This document shows, piece after piece, positions 1-12,400 of a DNA stretch of 64,000 nucleotides (position 1 is its first letter; each line of letters begins with the position of its first letter). A program made the translations under genes and the position numbers. This stretch comes from Octopus sinensis. Lineage: Eukaryota. Below the pieces are notes generated by a model. That model saw only the letters and a list, made by a program, of their open reading frames with translations. It was not told where the DNA came from and searched no databases. The DNA lies in the NCBI RefSeq assembly GCF_006345805.1, contig NC_043012.1, positions 14,322,001 through 14,386,000 of the forward strand, read 5' to 3'.

Positions 1-265
1 TTTTTCAATTAATATAATATAAACTTAACAGAAAGTACGTATTCTCTCACAAGCTGATTTCTACATATAGATATTACAAAAATATATACGTAATGATTAT
101 ATGTGTTTGTGTTTATGTATTTGTGTGCGTATGTGTGCGCTCAAAAATATGTATCCAGTATTTCTAAAATAAATTATGCATACTTAAATGAAACTGGCGT
201 GTATTTCAGAATGTTATATATTCATGTGCTTATATATGAGTTAAGATTTACGTACACACACACAC

Positions 266-320
<55 letters not shown>

Positions 321-2299
321 CACACTCGTAGACAAAGCTGTCTTGATAGCATGATTGAACCTCGGGGAAATCGCACTGTGACCTGTAGTGTTTATTTATT
401 GACAGTAAATCACAACATATGTTGAGCAGAATTGGGCCCCTTGATGCGTGAGGCTCCCGAGCAACTGCCAGGTGTACATATTCCATAAGACGGCATTGCT
501 CATAAACACACGCACACCTGTACACACACGTATAAACATAGATTAGATTAGATACATACATACATACTTAAACGCATATATGAATGTTTACACTCCTTTA
601 TGTATATGTACATGTGTGTGTGTGAGACCGAGTGCGTGTGTAATTGCTGTGTGCGTGTAAGAATGTGTGTGTATGTGTAAACGTGTGTAACTGTGAGTGT
701 GTGTGTTTGTGTGTGTTTATGTGTGTAAAACATAACATATTGATTCAGGCATATTGTACAGAAACACATTGCACTCTGGGATACACGCAATTTTGAAAAT
801 TTTATGAAATATTCCATTAAGATACCAGCGTGTTTTGATTATAGAATTTTCATATACCATTTATTCCATTTATTCTTTAGGGCTTTGAGTGTTGTTTTTT
901 TTCCCCAGATACAAAATTAAGAGCATCATATGAGTTGAAACTTTTATTGTAGAATTTGATAAACACCCTTCATAAAACAACAACCGTAACAACTCTAAAA
1001 CAAAAATTGATAAAATACAAATCCAGTAGAGCACCACATTGTTAATGTAGTCTGAGAAGTTTCTTAGATATGGTTCCCTGAGAGAATTTATTTGCGTGTT
1101 TGTGTGTGTGTATATATATATGTGTGTGAGTGTGAGTATGCATGTGTATATATAGGCATATATATACATATAATATATGTATAAACATAAACACTTATAT
1201 ATATATACACATATATGTACATGCATATATATATATATGTTGAAAAAAGTTGTATTGGGTATAAAGATACCATAAACAAGTATAAAAATGGAGAAAATAT
1301 GATGTTAAAGTCAAAATTGAATTTAATACATACGCACGTTTCAAAAGACAATACAAATATGTAAGAAAAAAAATAATAATAATCAAATTTATGCAGTCAT
1401 TCTCATCAGTGTATGTATGTATGTACCTTTCTATCTATCTAATCTATGTTTATACGTGTGTGTATACGGGTGTGCGTGTGAGTTTATGAGTAGTGCCGTC
1501 TTATGGAATGTGTACACCTGGCAGTTGCTCGGGAGCCTCACGCATCTATATATGTTGTGATTTACTGTCAATAGATAAACACTACAGGTCATAGTACGAT
1601 TTCCTCGAGGTTCAATCATGCTATCAAGAGAGCTTTGTCTACGAGTGTGTGTATGCGTGCATACACTTGTGTGTGTATGTGTACGTCAATCTGTTTTTTC
1701 TTATTGAATTTTATTAATAACCTTTTTGATGTTCTTCCTAAAACTCTTTACACTAATGAGAATAACTATGCATAACTTTATAATTATAATTATAATTATT
1801 ATTATTTCTCACATATTTGTATTGTATTTTGAAACGTGCGTATGTATTAAACTCTCTATTTTCATACTTTTTTATGGTATCTTTATACCTACAACGAATT
1901 TTTTCAATTGTTACTTTCATATTCTTAATACTTGCTCTGACTGAATTTTATGAATATGATGAATTTTTATTGGAAATTATTTTATTTTTTCTCTCTTTAT
2001 GGATTCTTCAAAAAAAGTATGAATTGTTCTTTTTGAACTTATTTTCTCATCATATATATATATATGCTGTTGTGGTGCTTCTTTGGGGGCGGTTGTTATG
2101 CTATTTTTGCTTTCTTTTTTTTTCAGTGCTTCTCTGGCACCAGTGAAACTTTTGTCTAATATCTACTTTAGTTGACTGTTTTAAATGGATTGTATAACTG
2201 CTTCCACACCTCAGATACACACACACACATGCAAATTCATAAACACACACACACAAATTCATAAGCACACACACTCAGAGAGAAACGCAAATTGTACAT

Positions 2300-2745
2300 T
2301 ACGCCTAAGGACCACGTACAAACTTCCAATCATAAATACAGGCAAATCAAACATGAGAAAGGCAAAGAAAGATAAGCGTTGTAAAGCCATTCTTGTATTA
2401 GATAGCCCAGAGGATACATCGCATGAAATTGCAACACCGCTGTAATCATCTAATGCTGTAGCACAATGAATACATCAGCCTGTAAATTCATTCGGTTGGA
2501 TATCTTAGATTTCTACCTTTCAATATCGATATCATTCCCTCAGAAGGCTTCAGGCTTCCGTAGACAATTTACCATAATTATTGTCATCGATATGAGAATA
2601 TATCTGAACACTAGGAAATCAGTGTTTCTGGGTGATTGCTGCTGTGTAAAAAACCTTAAGGCGACGAAGGGTTCGACATATCTATAAGCAGTTACGACAG
2701 AGATGATGTCAACAACCTGGTCCAATTATTTATTCTGCATACCCT
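2300..2745 (+). pseudogene. Degenerate Penelope-like element reverse transcriptase fragment
   Basis: Translates to CKFIRLDILDFYLSIS...RQFT...NTRKS and, after a frameshift, GFDISISSYD. This resembles the PLE RT core (F-x-x-LDI-x-DFYPSI...RKS...FDV-x-MGSYDG). Confidence 0.6.
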
Positions 2746-2867
2746 AAAAACTGAGCATACCCTCGCTATTTGGTCGTATAATGCAATGTCAATGTGTATG
2801 AATGGCCGTGAGATGGATACGATAATTTTTTTTTTATCAATGGCCAGCATATTAAAAAATACCTTAT

Positions 2868-3345
2868 ATATAAGTTGTTTGTAAATTTAACCTTTAAAGG
2901 TAATTTTTAATATGCTGGTCATTGATAAAATTTTTTTCGAAAAAAATTTATCCTACATTAAATATAATTTTAATAGTGTTCACTTCCGGACTCTCTCACT
3001 CTGTGAGAGTTTTCAGTTCGAATCGCACGTGTCTCAAATGGGCTGGAGAATTTCTATTTTGGATGTATTTGGGGTACTTAATTGTGCTCATGACTTAGTG
3101 TTTGCTTCTTCCATGGGTATGAGTAAGTATCTCATTTATTTCTCTGCCACATTTATCACTGACGAAGGGAGGGTTCTTACGAACTAACCCTCAAATCGGT
3201 CCGATATGGTAATAATGGAATTTTTTAGAAATTTCTGTCGACCTTTTTTGAGTAGCGTGCTTATTGTGAAAAAAATTATAATGGTTATAGACAATGTGTC
3301 TAATTTCGGCATATTTGGCATTAGAAATGTTTTCGTTTGCCCTAA
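2868..3345. repeat. About 480-bp interspersed repeat, copy 1 (class uncertain, possibly PLE-derived)
   Basis: Collinear with 17806-18297. Both copies begin and end with TATAAGTT and abut a (TA)n tract. A short inverted piece of its left end lies at 2820-2870. Confidence 0.7.
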
Positions 3346-3858
3346 TTTATAAGTTATATATATATATACATACATGCATACACATGCGTATATATATATA
3401 TATATATATAGGGAGATTTTACGAAAAAAAACAAAAGACGAAGACGAGAGAGCGTGTAAGAGAGAGAGAATGGGATAAACGAATAATTAAAGAATAACAT
3501 ATACATACTTAAAAGATTATTACTGGATCTAAACGCATAGCTAAAACAGTTTATTAACGAAAGCTAGTTTGAGATTATAATTTTAATTTTGACTTCAACG
3601 GTTCGGACAAATCTTTTTAACAAACAAATTAAAAGAATTTGTGCTCTTAATATTTCGGTTGCTGTGTATATCACCAATTTCTTTGCATGGGGCATATAAA
3701 CAGCCACACCGCCTCACACGATACTCTTTGCAATTTCGCTGACAATGCATTATGTAATTACATACTTTTATGAATCTTTGTCTGCACAGCGATAGTTCAT
3801 CTATGCACTAAAATTTGTATTTTACCAATGCACTAAAATTAATATTCTATTTTTCTAG

Positions 3859-3993
3859 AGGATTTCTGCGAGAAATACACAGGAAAATGCCGATGATATG
3901 TTTACAATGGATGACAGCGGTAGAGTATTTCTCGAGCGCCCTTTGGATTTCGATCACGGCATAAGATTTTTTGACTTAGATATTGAAATAACA
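3859..3993 (+). CDS. Cadherin-related gene, internal exon 1 of 5 in window (RISARNTQENADDMFTMDDSGRVFLERPLDFDHGIRFFDLDIEIT)
   Basis: Pyrimidine tract plus AG acceptor (3857-58; the alternative AG at 3859-60 is also possible) and GTAAGT donor at 3994. Cadherin motifs F-x-MD-x-SG-x-V and PLDFD. Joins the next exon in phase 0. Confidence 0.85.
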
Positions 3994-4044
3994 GTAAGTT
4001 GTAAATATTTTTCTTAATCCACTATTGCACCTTTTTGATGTATA

Positions 4045-4233
4045 TAAGTTTTGGACTTAACATGAATTTGAATTTTTTTTCTGCTACGGAATAAGGAGCA
4101 AGCCTTCTTCTATCATACTCTCAATTTTGGTCAACTTGCGCCGCAGGGTCTCGGAGGAGACACTATTAGTTGAAGGCTACCAAACCTGCCACACACACAC
4201 ACACAGAGACAACTTCAGTTCTATATATATAGA
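4045..4233 (-). mobile_element. 5' fragment of the non-autonomous Helitron seen in full at 48641-49007
   Basis: Reverse complement of 48641-48820, including the TCTATATATA 5' terminus. Confidence 0.75.
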
Positions 4234-5719
4234 TTTGTTTCAAATTTTTGCAGAAGGTCAGCAAATTCGGGCATGCAGATAAGTCGATTAGATTGACCAC
4301 GGTATCCAAATAGATGAAAGATAAAGTCAACCTCGGTAGAATTTAATTTTGTAAATTTTATAATAACGAATAGTTGCTGACTTCATGCGACATACGCAGA
4401 GCTCGGCTGAGAGGAAAACAAATTTATGAAGAGAAAAGCTCTTTCGTGGTTCAGAGTGAAAGCGATATTTGATTTTAACAATGCTACATGAAGTAATATT
4501 TATTAATAGTATAATGCCTTCACAAGATTCCAATAACAGCAATTCTATTAGTAAGATCTGTGTTGTTTATCAGCCGTTAAGAACTTCGGGAACTTTGAGT
4601 CTCCAAAATACACCACTGGTTTTTCAGCATTTGAACACAGCACCACAAGTCGATAAGTCACAAATCATTTCTATGGTGTAGTACCTCTGCGTATATTGTC
4701 ATGTGTGTGTGTGTGTGTGTGTGGTTGTGTGTGTATGTGTAATGTGTTGGTGTATCTTGGCACTAGACAACATTAAGGAAATAAGGAAATCTGATGAAGA
4801 ATCTTTGATTCCAAAGATGCTCACAACGAAATGAACTATAAAACAAAGTAATTAACACTGCTTGCTCTATGTTATATGCCATATGTGCGGTTATCGATCA
4901 ATTAATCGATCTATCTAACTATCTACCTCCCTAGCTACTTTTTATCTATTTTTATATTCGGAAACCTATTAGAAAATTAAACCTCTTTATATCTGCAACT
5001 TCACTAACTTTTATTGTTTTTCTTTCTTTTCTTTTACTTTCATTCATTGTCGTTAATAACCGCTGTTAATAATGGCATTATCCAATTATCTAACTATATT
5101 ATAAATCTAAATAAAATAAAACAGCAAATAACCAAATTTAAATTAAGACACACATATATTTCACCTTGTTCTGAAGGCATCCATATATATTAACTTTGCT
5201 TCACACACTTAGAGAACATGAACGGTTTAACTTTTGCTTAGACAATAGACTATAAACATAATACAATGAATTTACCATGCTCACCAGTCGCTTACAGGAC
5301 GATTTCCGACTGCACCCGACAGCCACAACACACATATATTTTCATATTGTGTTTTTAAACAGAGCGTAAGTGGAGTCGTCAACGGACAAGTACCGTAGTA
5401 AATTCGCTTTTCGCGGTGTACTTTTTTAATTATACTAAACAGATGCTTATAGCATAATATAATATGTATGATGTGCATTTATTAATAACGCGGAATTTAT
5501 AATATTAATGGAAACCCTAAGCCTATTAAAATTCCAATGGATCTAATCAGGTATATTACATTTAGGAGGACTCCAGCAGTATTTGAACGTACAGGTATGA
5601 GATTAAAACATCAAAAAATATCACAAGATATGTAGGCCGAACTTTATTGCTTCTTCCGATTTACCGCTTTCTTTTCCTATATACAGTAATTCAAAATAAT
5701 GATGACTTAATATTCACAG

Positions 5720-5848
5720 GATTCTGATCGAAACCCTTTAAAAAACGTCTCGAAATTAACGATACAAGTTGTGGACGAAGACGATCAATCGCCAAAATTT
5801 TTACACAAACAATACAAACTGATTTTAATCGGAGAGAAACCAGTCGTG
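5720..5848 (+). CDS. Cadherin-related gene, internal exon 2 (DSDRNPLKNVSKLTIQVVDEDDQSPKFLHKQYKLILIGEKPVV)
   Basis: CAG acceptor and GTAAGT donor; 129 nt, phase 0/0. Ca-binding linker V-x-DEDDQSP-x-F, a DxNDNxP variant. Confidence 0.9.
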
Positions 5849-6539
5849 GTAAGTTGATTTTATAATTGCATTTCAATCTCTTTTATAAGTAAATTTCTAA
5901 AGAATGATGTTGATTGATTTACTGTGGTGAAGAAAGACTGATAAAGAGTTTCGCAGCGTAAAATGATTGTAGTTTGTATTTAGGTTTCAATTCATATGAA
6001 GGTTTATTTTACTTCGCTTACCTCACTTAATTCTCCTGTGAAAGTAATGAGCTTTACACTCTAATCTATTGTGTTGCTCCTTCGCCAAAAGTAGATATTT
6101 CGCTTGTGTTTTAAGTGTAATGAAGTGAATTTCGCTTGTGTTTTAACTGTAACGAAGCGCGAGTCAACTAAACTGAACCTATGATTTTGAAGGCGACTGA
6201 GTCCTAATGTGCACAATTTTGCAGGCAAGAAGCGTGTAAATTTCAGTTGTGATTTTATGATTTTTGTTTCTTACGCAACAGAAGTCTCCCTGTCTACAGC
6301 CAATTCAGAGAGATCAAAGAGATATGTAACATTATACTTCCTTATCCGAAGCCTTCTATTGAAGAAAGACGTAAGAAAGGACGAAATGTCCTCTTCAGGA
6401 GATTAAGGTCCTCCACGGGAGATAGACGTGTCTAGGTCCAATGACGTATTTCCCACATAATCCGGGATTTTCAGTTTTTTATTTTATTTATTTATTATTT
6501 TTTTTTTTGGTAGAATGTGTCTGACATCTTTACCAACAG

Positions 6540-7110
6540 CCCTTCTTTGTGAAGGAATCGCCTAAGTTTTTCTAGATCCACAATACAAATGACAAAGTTG
6601 TGCCCTGTGTAGCTGTGTAGAAGACCAATTTAAATTATGAACAGCCTATGCTATCCATATCTACTGGCCCACAGAATACTTTCTCTACGTACGATCTGGA
6701 TGACCAAATGCACTTTTTACACGTCCATACTGGCGCATCAATCAAATCTAGTTGTTACTTTCAGACAACTCGAAATTTTTGAGAAGTTTTTAGTTGCTTT
6801 TAAAATTTTGTATCCACTTCTATATCGGCTACCCACACTGGTTCTGCGTGCATCGAATATAGTTTTCCAGTCACCCAATAAAACAAAAGCGAGGAACGTT
6901 GTTGCAAAAATTTGACCGGACTGCTTCTGTCAAGACGTAGATAGCTGTTAGTCTGTATGTCTGGCCTACGTTGCTAGACACGTTCAGTACTATTGTCTTG
7001 CTTTCTAGGTCCATGGAGATAGTAATTTTCTCAAGTTGCAGCCTTTTCCGAATTAACACAACTACTCTCACATCTTATTACCAGCAAACTTGGACACGCA
7101 TATAATTTGA
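6540..7110 (-). pseudogene. Degenerate Tx1/L1-type ORF2 apurinic endonuclease fragment
   Basis: Minus frame VVVLIRKRLQLEKITISMDLESKTIVLNVSSNVGQTYRLTAIYV...FIGDWKTI...DAPVWT matches the APE pattern (GVA-x-L...RL-x-A-x-YAP...GDWN). Confidence 0.6.
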
Positions 7111-7261
7111 AGGTGCAGTCATTAAAATCCTTGCTTACCGCTGTTAGAAATAATAACAATACTTGCTGAAAAGGTGACGCACCCAAAAACATTTAAGAAA
7201 CAAGATGAAGAACAAAGAATGAAAAACTGAGTTATTGTCAGTGCGTTGTTTTCATTTTTCA

Positions 7262-7605
7262 GAGAAATCGAAGGGAAAGACTAGGCCAACAAAGTGATCT
7301 GAAAGGATGCGCAGAGGTACTGATATGCAGCGCCCAGAAAAAGCTGTGAGAACTAATTACACCGAGTTCCAAAATAGATAAGTGCAGTGAATCGCCCCTT
7401 TGTAGGGCGTGTGGCAGCAAAACAACGAAACAATCTCACATATTGTGAGTGAATGTAGTAAGCTGGCCCAAAAGCACTACAAAAGGAGGCACGATAACGT
7501 AGCTAACCTTATTCTGGAGATTGTGTGTAAAGTAGAGTCGGAGCAGACCACGAAATTGGTACAAACATGAACTAGAAGGCGTCACCGAGAACAATGAATG
7601 TAAGA
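7262..7605 (+). pseudogene. Degenerate R4/Dong-clade non-LTR retrotransposon, CCHC zinc-finger region
   Basis: ICSAQKKAVRTNY...NETISHIVSECSKLAQKHYKRRHDNVA...WYKHELEGVTENNECK is the typical R4-clade C-terminal finger. Confidence 0.75.
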
Positions 7606-7642
7606 CCCGGAGGGATTTTACAATTCATTGTGACACCCTCTC

Positions 7643-7707
<65 letters not shown>

Positions 7708-7980
7708 TGTGTAAGTGTATGTGTGTGTGTAAGTGCGTGTGTGTTTGTCCCCCCACCATCGCTTGAGAACCGATATTGGTGTGTCTACGTCCCCGTAATC
7801 TAGCGGTTCTGCGAAAGACCGATGGAATAAGTACTAGGCTTGCAAAGAATAAGTCCTGGAGTGATTTGTTCGACTGAAGGCGGTGCTCCAGCATGGCTGC
7901 AGTCAAATGACTGAAAGAAATAAAAGAATAAAAGAATAATAATAATAATAATAATAATATAATAATAATAATAATAATAA

Positions 7981-8400
7981 TGTCATCTGCTGGTATTGAT
8001 ACATCAAAAGATGCTTTCTAACTGATGTATCAATACCAGCAGATGACAACGTGTCTCTAAAAGAAATGGAGAAACTTTCAAAATACAAAGACCTGGAAAT
8101 AGAGGTAACCAGAATGTGGAATCTAAAAACAGAAACAATTCCTATCACAGTAGGTGCATTAGGCATGGTAAAAAAATATTCAGACAAATACATAACAAAA
8201 ACACCAGGACTTACAAATATATATAACATACAGAAAATTGCACTACTGGGCACTGCACACATCCTACGCAGAACACTTTCAATACAGTAACCATAAGAGC
8301 ATCACAGCAAATCACAGCACATATCCAAGGCACACAGAGCTGCGCTCGGTAGTGAAGTGAAAGTACGATATAAAAAAAAAACTACTGAATAATAATAATA
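7981..8400 (+). mobile_element. 5'-truncated R4/Dong-clade element (restriction-like endonuclease C-terminus plus 3' UTR) inside an (AAT)n tract
   Basis: CFLTDVSIPADDNVSLKEMEKLSKYKDLEIEV...IPITVGALG...QKIALLGTAHILRRTL* (stop at 8288-8290). Flanked on both sides by (AAT)n. Confidence 0.85.
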
Positions 8401-8431
8401 ATGATAATAATAATAATGATGCTGATAATAG

Positions 8432-8960
8432 CTGAAGAAAGAATAGCGAAGAACGGATATACGGAAAAAGAGGGGACAGTGAACCTACCTCAAGAACACC
8501 AGAATAGGTATGACGCAGAATTTGAAGTAAATAATAAAGAGAAGTTCATAGAAACAAAAGAAGATATTATCAGAGAAGTCAGCATGACTGCGTCTACAAA
8601 TATCATTAATAGAGAACTACTGGCGAAGTTCTCAAAAGGCAGAAAAGAAAACAACATAATCAGGATATATAACGTTGCTCTAGACAGATATTAAGTAATA
8701 AAGGAAATCACCTGACAGCGTTAAATAACCTCGTATATTCCACTGCTAAAGTTGTAACTGCTCAACTAGTTATCAGGACGATACAGAAAAGGACCAATCG
8801 TGTAAACAGACCTCCTAAGTGGACAGTTGCAATACAAAAAGGGATGTGGATGTATTAGTTCTCGATGAACTTGCTAGAAGATTAAATGTTAAGACGAGAC
8901 GAGCTAGAAAAATTGAGCAAAAATATAAAATCAAAGATTTTATAAACCTCCCTGCAACCA
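8432..8960 (+). pseudogene. Probable N-terminal ORF fragment of an R4-clade element
   Basis: Frameshifted pieces LNNLVYSTAKVV...NRPPKW...DVLVLDEL...KIEQKYKIK resemble the R4-family region upstream of RT. Confidence 0.45.
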
Positions 8961-9243
8961 AGGAGGTGGCCGTCACACTTCGAGGTGTCCCGGATAACTA
9001 TGACAGGTGTCCATTTACCACCTAAGTTTATCGGAGTTAAAATTTCCATTCAACTTTCTATAAAATCTCAGATGTAGTACTGTCACTATATATGAAACTG
9101 TAACAACCGAAATTGTAATCAGATGCGTGGCTGTGGCTACTGCGAAGTTGAGCTACATTTCCTCCGTAGCAAGATGATATAAGGAAAATATGAAAATAAA
9201 TCAAACAGTAGAATGATCTCTCTTTATGCTCCTCATTTGTTTC

Positions 9244-9279
<36 letters not shown>

Positions 9280-9427
9280 GGATAGATGGATGGATGGATG
9301 GATGGATGGATGGACGGACGGACGGACGGACGGACGGACGGACGGACGGACGGACGGACGGACGGAAGGGCGGGCGGGCGGGCGGGCGGGCGGGCAGGCA
9401 GGCAGGCAGGCAGGTAGGCAGGCAGGC
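9244..9427. repeat. Compound tetranucleotide microsatellite GATA>GATG>GACG>GGCG>GGCA
   Basis: Read directly from the sequence. Confidence 0.95.
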
Positions 9428-9436
9428 AAATTTAGA

Positions 9437-9690
9437 GATTTTCTATTCGAAAATGAAAAAGAAAAAGTGGAAAACAAGAGGAAAAAAAGTCAAATTCCGA
9501 TCAAAAGCGGTCGAGAAGGAAAAAAAGGCGATCAAAAGGGATCGTGTATCACTGTAGAAATATAGAGCTTTTCTTTTCGAAAATGAAAAAGAAAAGGGGA
9601 AAATGAAGAAAACAAGTAAAATTCCGATCAAAAGGGATCGGGGGTGAAAAAAGCGATCAAAAGGGATCTTGTATCACAGAAGAATTTAAA
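9437..9690. repeat. Diverged tandem duplication of a purine-rich unit of about 130 bp
   Basis: TTCGAAAATGAAAAAGAAAA...AATTCCGATCAAAAG...GCGATCAAAAGGGATC-x-TGTATCAC occurs twice. Confidence 0.8.
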
Positions 9691-9782
9691 AAGTGTAAAA
9701 AGCAAGATTAGGTTTATCCTTGGAAAGAAAAGACCACGGTAACCTCAGGCAGGGAGGGAATAAACACATGAGAGCAAAGTGC

Positions 9783-9840
9783 TCTCTCTCCCTCTCCCTC
9801 CCGATCTCTCTCTCGCTTTCTCTCTCTCGCTTTCTCTCTC

Positions 9841-9896
<56 letters not shown>

Positions 9897-9902
9897 CCTC
9901 TC

Positions 9903-9948
<46 letters not shown>
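9783..9948. repeat. (TC)n microsatellite
   Basis: Read directly. Many other long arrays exist, e.g. (GATA)n at 21785-21872, 27464-27542 and 59604-59823; (TG)n at 63335-63415; (CT)n at 63775-63848. Confidence 0.95.
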
Positions 9949-9951
<3 letters not shown>

Positions 9952-10953
9952 TTACAGGATCATACTCAAAGTGGTTTTATCACTCACACGCACCATCTTT
10001 GCAACATTCACCTACCATTTTTTGAAACTTTCACGAGACAAAACCTGCCTCTCCATTCTCACCTTCCTTTTCAAGTGGTATTTGAAAATGATGATGTGCG
10101 ATTGGCCACAGGGGTAAGTGTTCGTCTCAAATCCTTTCGCCCGAGTCCACTACACACATTCTTTCACCATGGCCACCGGTACGATGAAGACTGCCTTGCC
10201 TTCTCTGGTGAGGGAAGGTGGCGGGGCAATTTCCAAGATAGACTCGGCCGACAGGTGGACTCGTCCTACACGTGGCAGCAGCCGTTCAACATGCCCATAG
10301 GTCCGAAATGGTTGGACACTGCACGAGTGCGTGCAGAACGGTTTCGTCGCTCTGACCGCATCTCGAGCAAGTCGGTCCGGTGTGTCTCGAACCGTGCCTG
10401 TAGAGTTTATCCCCAACAGGTAATGCTTCTTGATAGCACTGCCAGGCGAGGGGTCTTTGGTGATTGTCCATAGGTCCCGGCCCGAAAGTTGTCCTGAACA
10501 GGCGGGTCAGTGGTTCCTCGTCGACGCCCAGATTGTGCCCGAGATCGTCGTCGCACCTTCCCTCCACTAATCCTCTATAGAACGCCTTTGTTGTAATGAA
10601 GTCGCATAAGTTTGGTCCCGGACAGCAGAGTTGCTTGAGAGCAACGCGACACTCGCGGTGCGATTCGCCTAGCATCGGTCTCTGTTTGATCCACAACTGC
10701 AGTTCGACCAAGGAGACGAGCTGCGGGAAAGCGCGCCGCACAAACGGCGACCACACCTGTTCACTATCGTCTATGAAGCGCCGGAGATGTGGCAGTCTCA
10801 GCGCATGTCTGCGCATCATCAACCACGGCATGCCTATCCTCCATTCAGCGGGTGTTGACAGCAAATGGATCGCCTAACCACCGGAGCTCTTCCTTTCCAC
10901 AAGAAGCGGAAGAGTATGCGTTCCAGTTTGGTGATGGTAGAGCCGGGACAAGA
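9949..10953 (-). mobile_element. 5'-truncated Tx1-clade (L1 group) non-LTR retrotransposon, ORF2 3' part
   Basis: KLERILFRFLWKG...GMPWLMMRRHALRL and the zf-RVT motif CSRCGQSDETVLHALVQC. ORF2 ends directly at a long (TC)n tract. Confidence 0.85.
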
Positions 10954-11299
10954 TAGACAGAGAGAGAGAGAGAGAGAGAGAGTGACAGAGACAGAGACAG
11001 ACAGACAGACAGGCAGGTAGACGGACGAACGGACTGGGAAAAAAGAGAGAAAGAAGAGGAGGTAGACAGAGTCTGTATTTGCACATGTTTGCAACATATG
11101 CGAATTTATAAATAAGTGAACAGACTTATGACAACTTTGAACTACGTTCACTCATTAATATGCGCAATCATGTGTATGTGTGAGTAAGTGTATATGGGGA
11201 AAAAGAGAAAGAATAGAGAGAGAGAAAGAAAATCATAAGTAGAAAGGATTGTAAGATTTTAGAAATACTCTAAAATATTGACTATTGGAAGAAAAACAT

Positions 11300-12400
11300 T
11301 GTATATTTCCTATCTAGAATGGAAATGCGCTTATCTTATTAAATCCTTTATTGGAAGAACAGCTTGAAAAGTTTAAACATCGAAATTACTTCATCGAAAG
11401 AAGCCATTTTACTTTACAAATAAACAGAAACAGGATCTTAGAATCAATATGCTAGAAGAAATATCATTTTGCCAAATGCACAAAAGTGCTGCTTTCAATC
11501 GCCTCACATCACCAATCTGTTGTGGTTGTTAAAGAGATCTTTGGAAAGAAATATTAACTTTATACATCAGTGAAACATTCAGCTGTTTCTTACATATGAA
11601 TGCCTCCCACTTTACTAAGATACTCATCTTATAGTACTCGTCAGTTGTCATTGATTGGAGCAAAAATATCGAGTCACTCAACTTCACTGCTTCAATGGAA
11701 AAAAATTACGTAGTCAACCTCAGGAATATAAAGGAGTAATACTTACATCAAGAACAACTTTATCCATCCCTTCCTCTATTCGTAAACGGAGCACGAATGG
11801 AAATTGTATACCATAAAATTTCTGATAATCTCGAATGGTAAATTACTTATAAAGACAGCACCAAATATTCAGTTCACAATCTGGTCCTTTCAATCAAGCC
11901 AGAAAATAATATTTCACCTCTAATTTTACATTATCCTTTATAAACTCAAAGAAATGGTGCTTAGGGGTGGTGATCATGTATATGGCATAATGATACTGTT
12001 ACTCAAAGAAAACTACATCCCAGAGAGCACCACTCGAATCAACATTCAGCTGATTCACAAAACCTACCGGCAATCAGTTAAGGTATTTTAGCACACAGTT
12101 GCACTGGATTTTGTTTGCCCCAATGCTGCAGTTGCCCCAAAGTCCACTGCTTCGTTGTATTTGCAGTCTACATGGCTTTTATAGTCTTTCACCCACTCAA
12201 CGTACATCTATGCAGCACAACCTAAGGCAATAATACAACAGTCGAGATTGGAATTGATTGCTTCCTCGGGATATTTTTACTGTATATGGCGCTTAACAAA
12301 AGTTCCTGATCATCATCAGCTACATCGCACGGATTCGCTTGAGGAACTACACAACAAGTGATATGCCTGTTTTTTTATAATTAATTAATAAAATACTATG
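11300..12400 (+). pseudogene. Heavily decayed coding-like segment, possibly the 3' part of an L1-group ORF2
   Basis: One frame stays largely open for about 570 nt with a few stops (LWKEILTLY...EQLYPSLPLFVNG), followed by QLIHKTY and a Cys/His cluster. The family assignment is weak. Confidence 0.3.

Noticed and set aside
4790-4835. CTGATGA...hairpin...GAAA as a hammerhead
   Set aside because: There is extra unpaired sequence before GAAA and no stem III/NUH or stem I can be formed.
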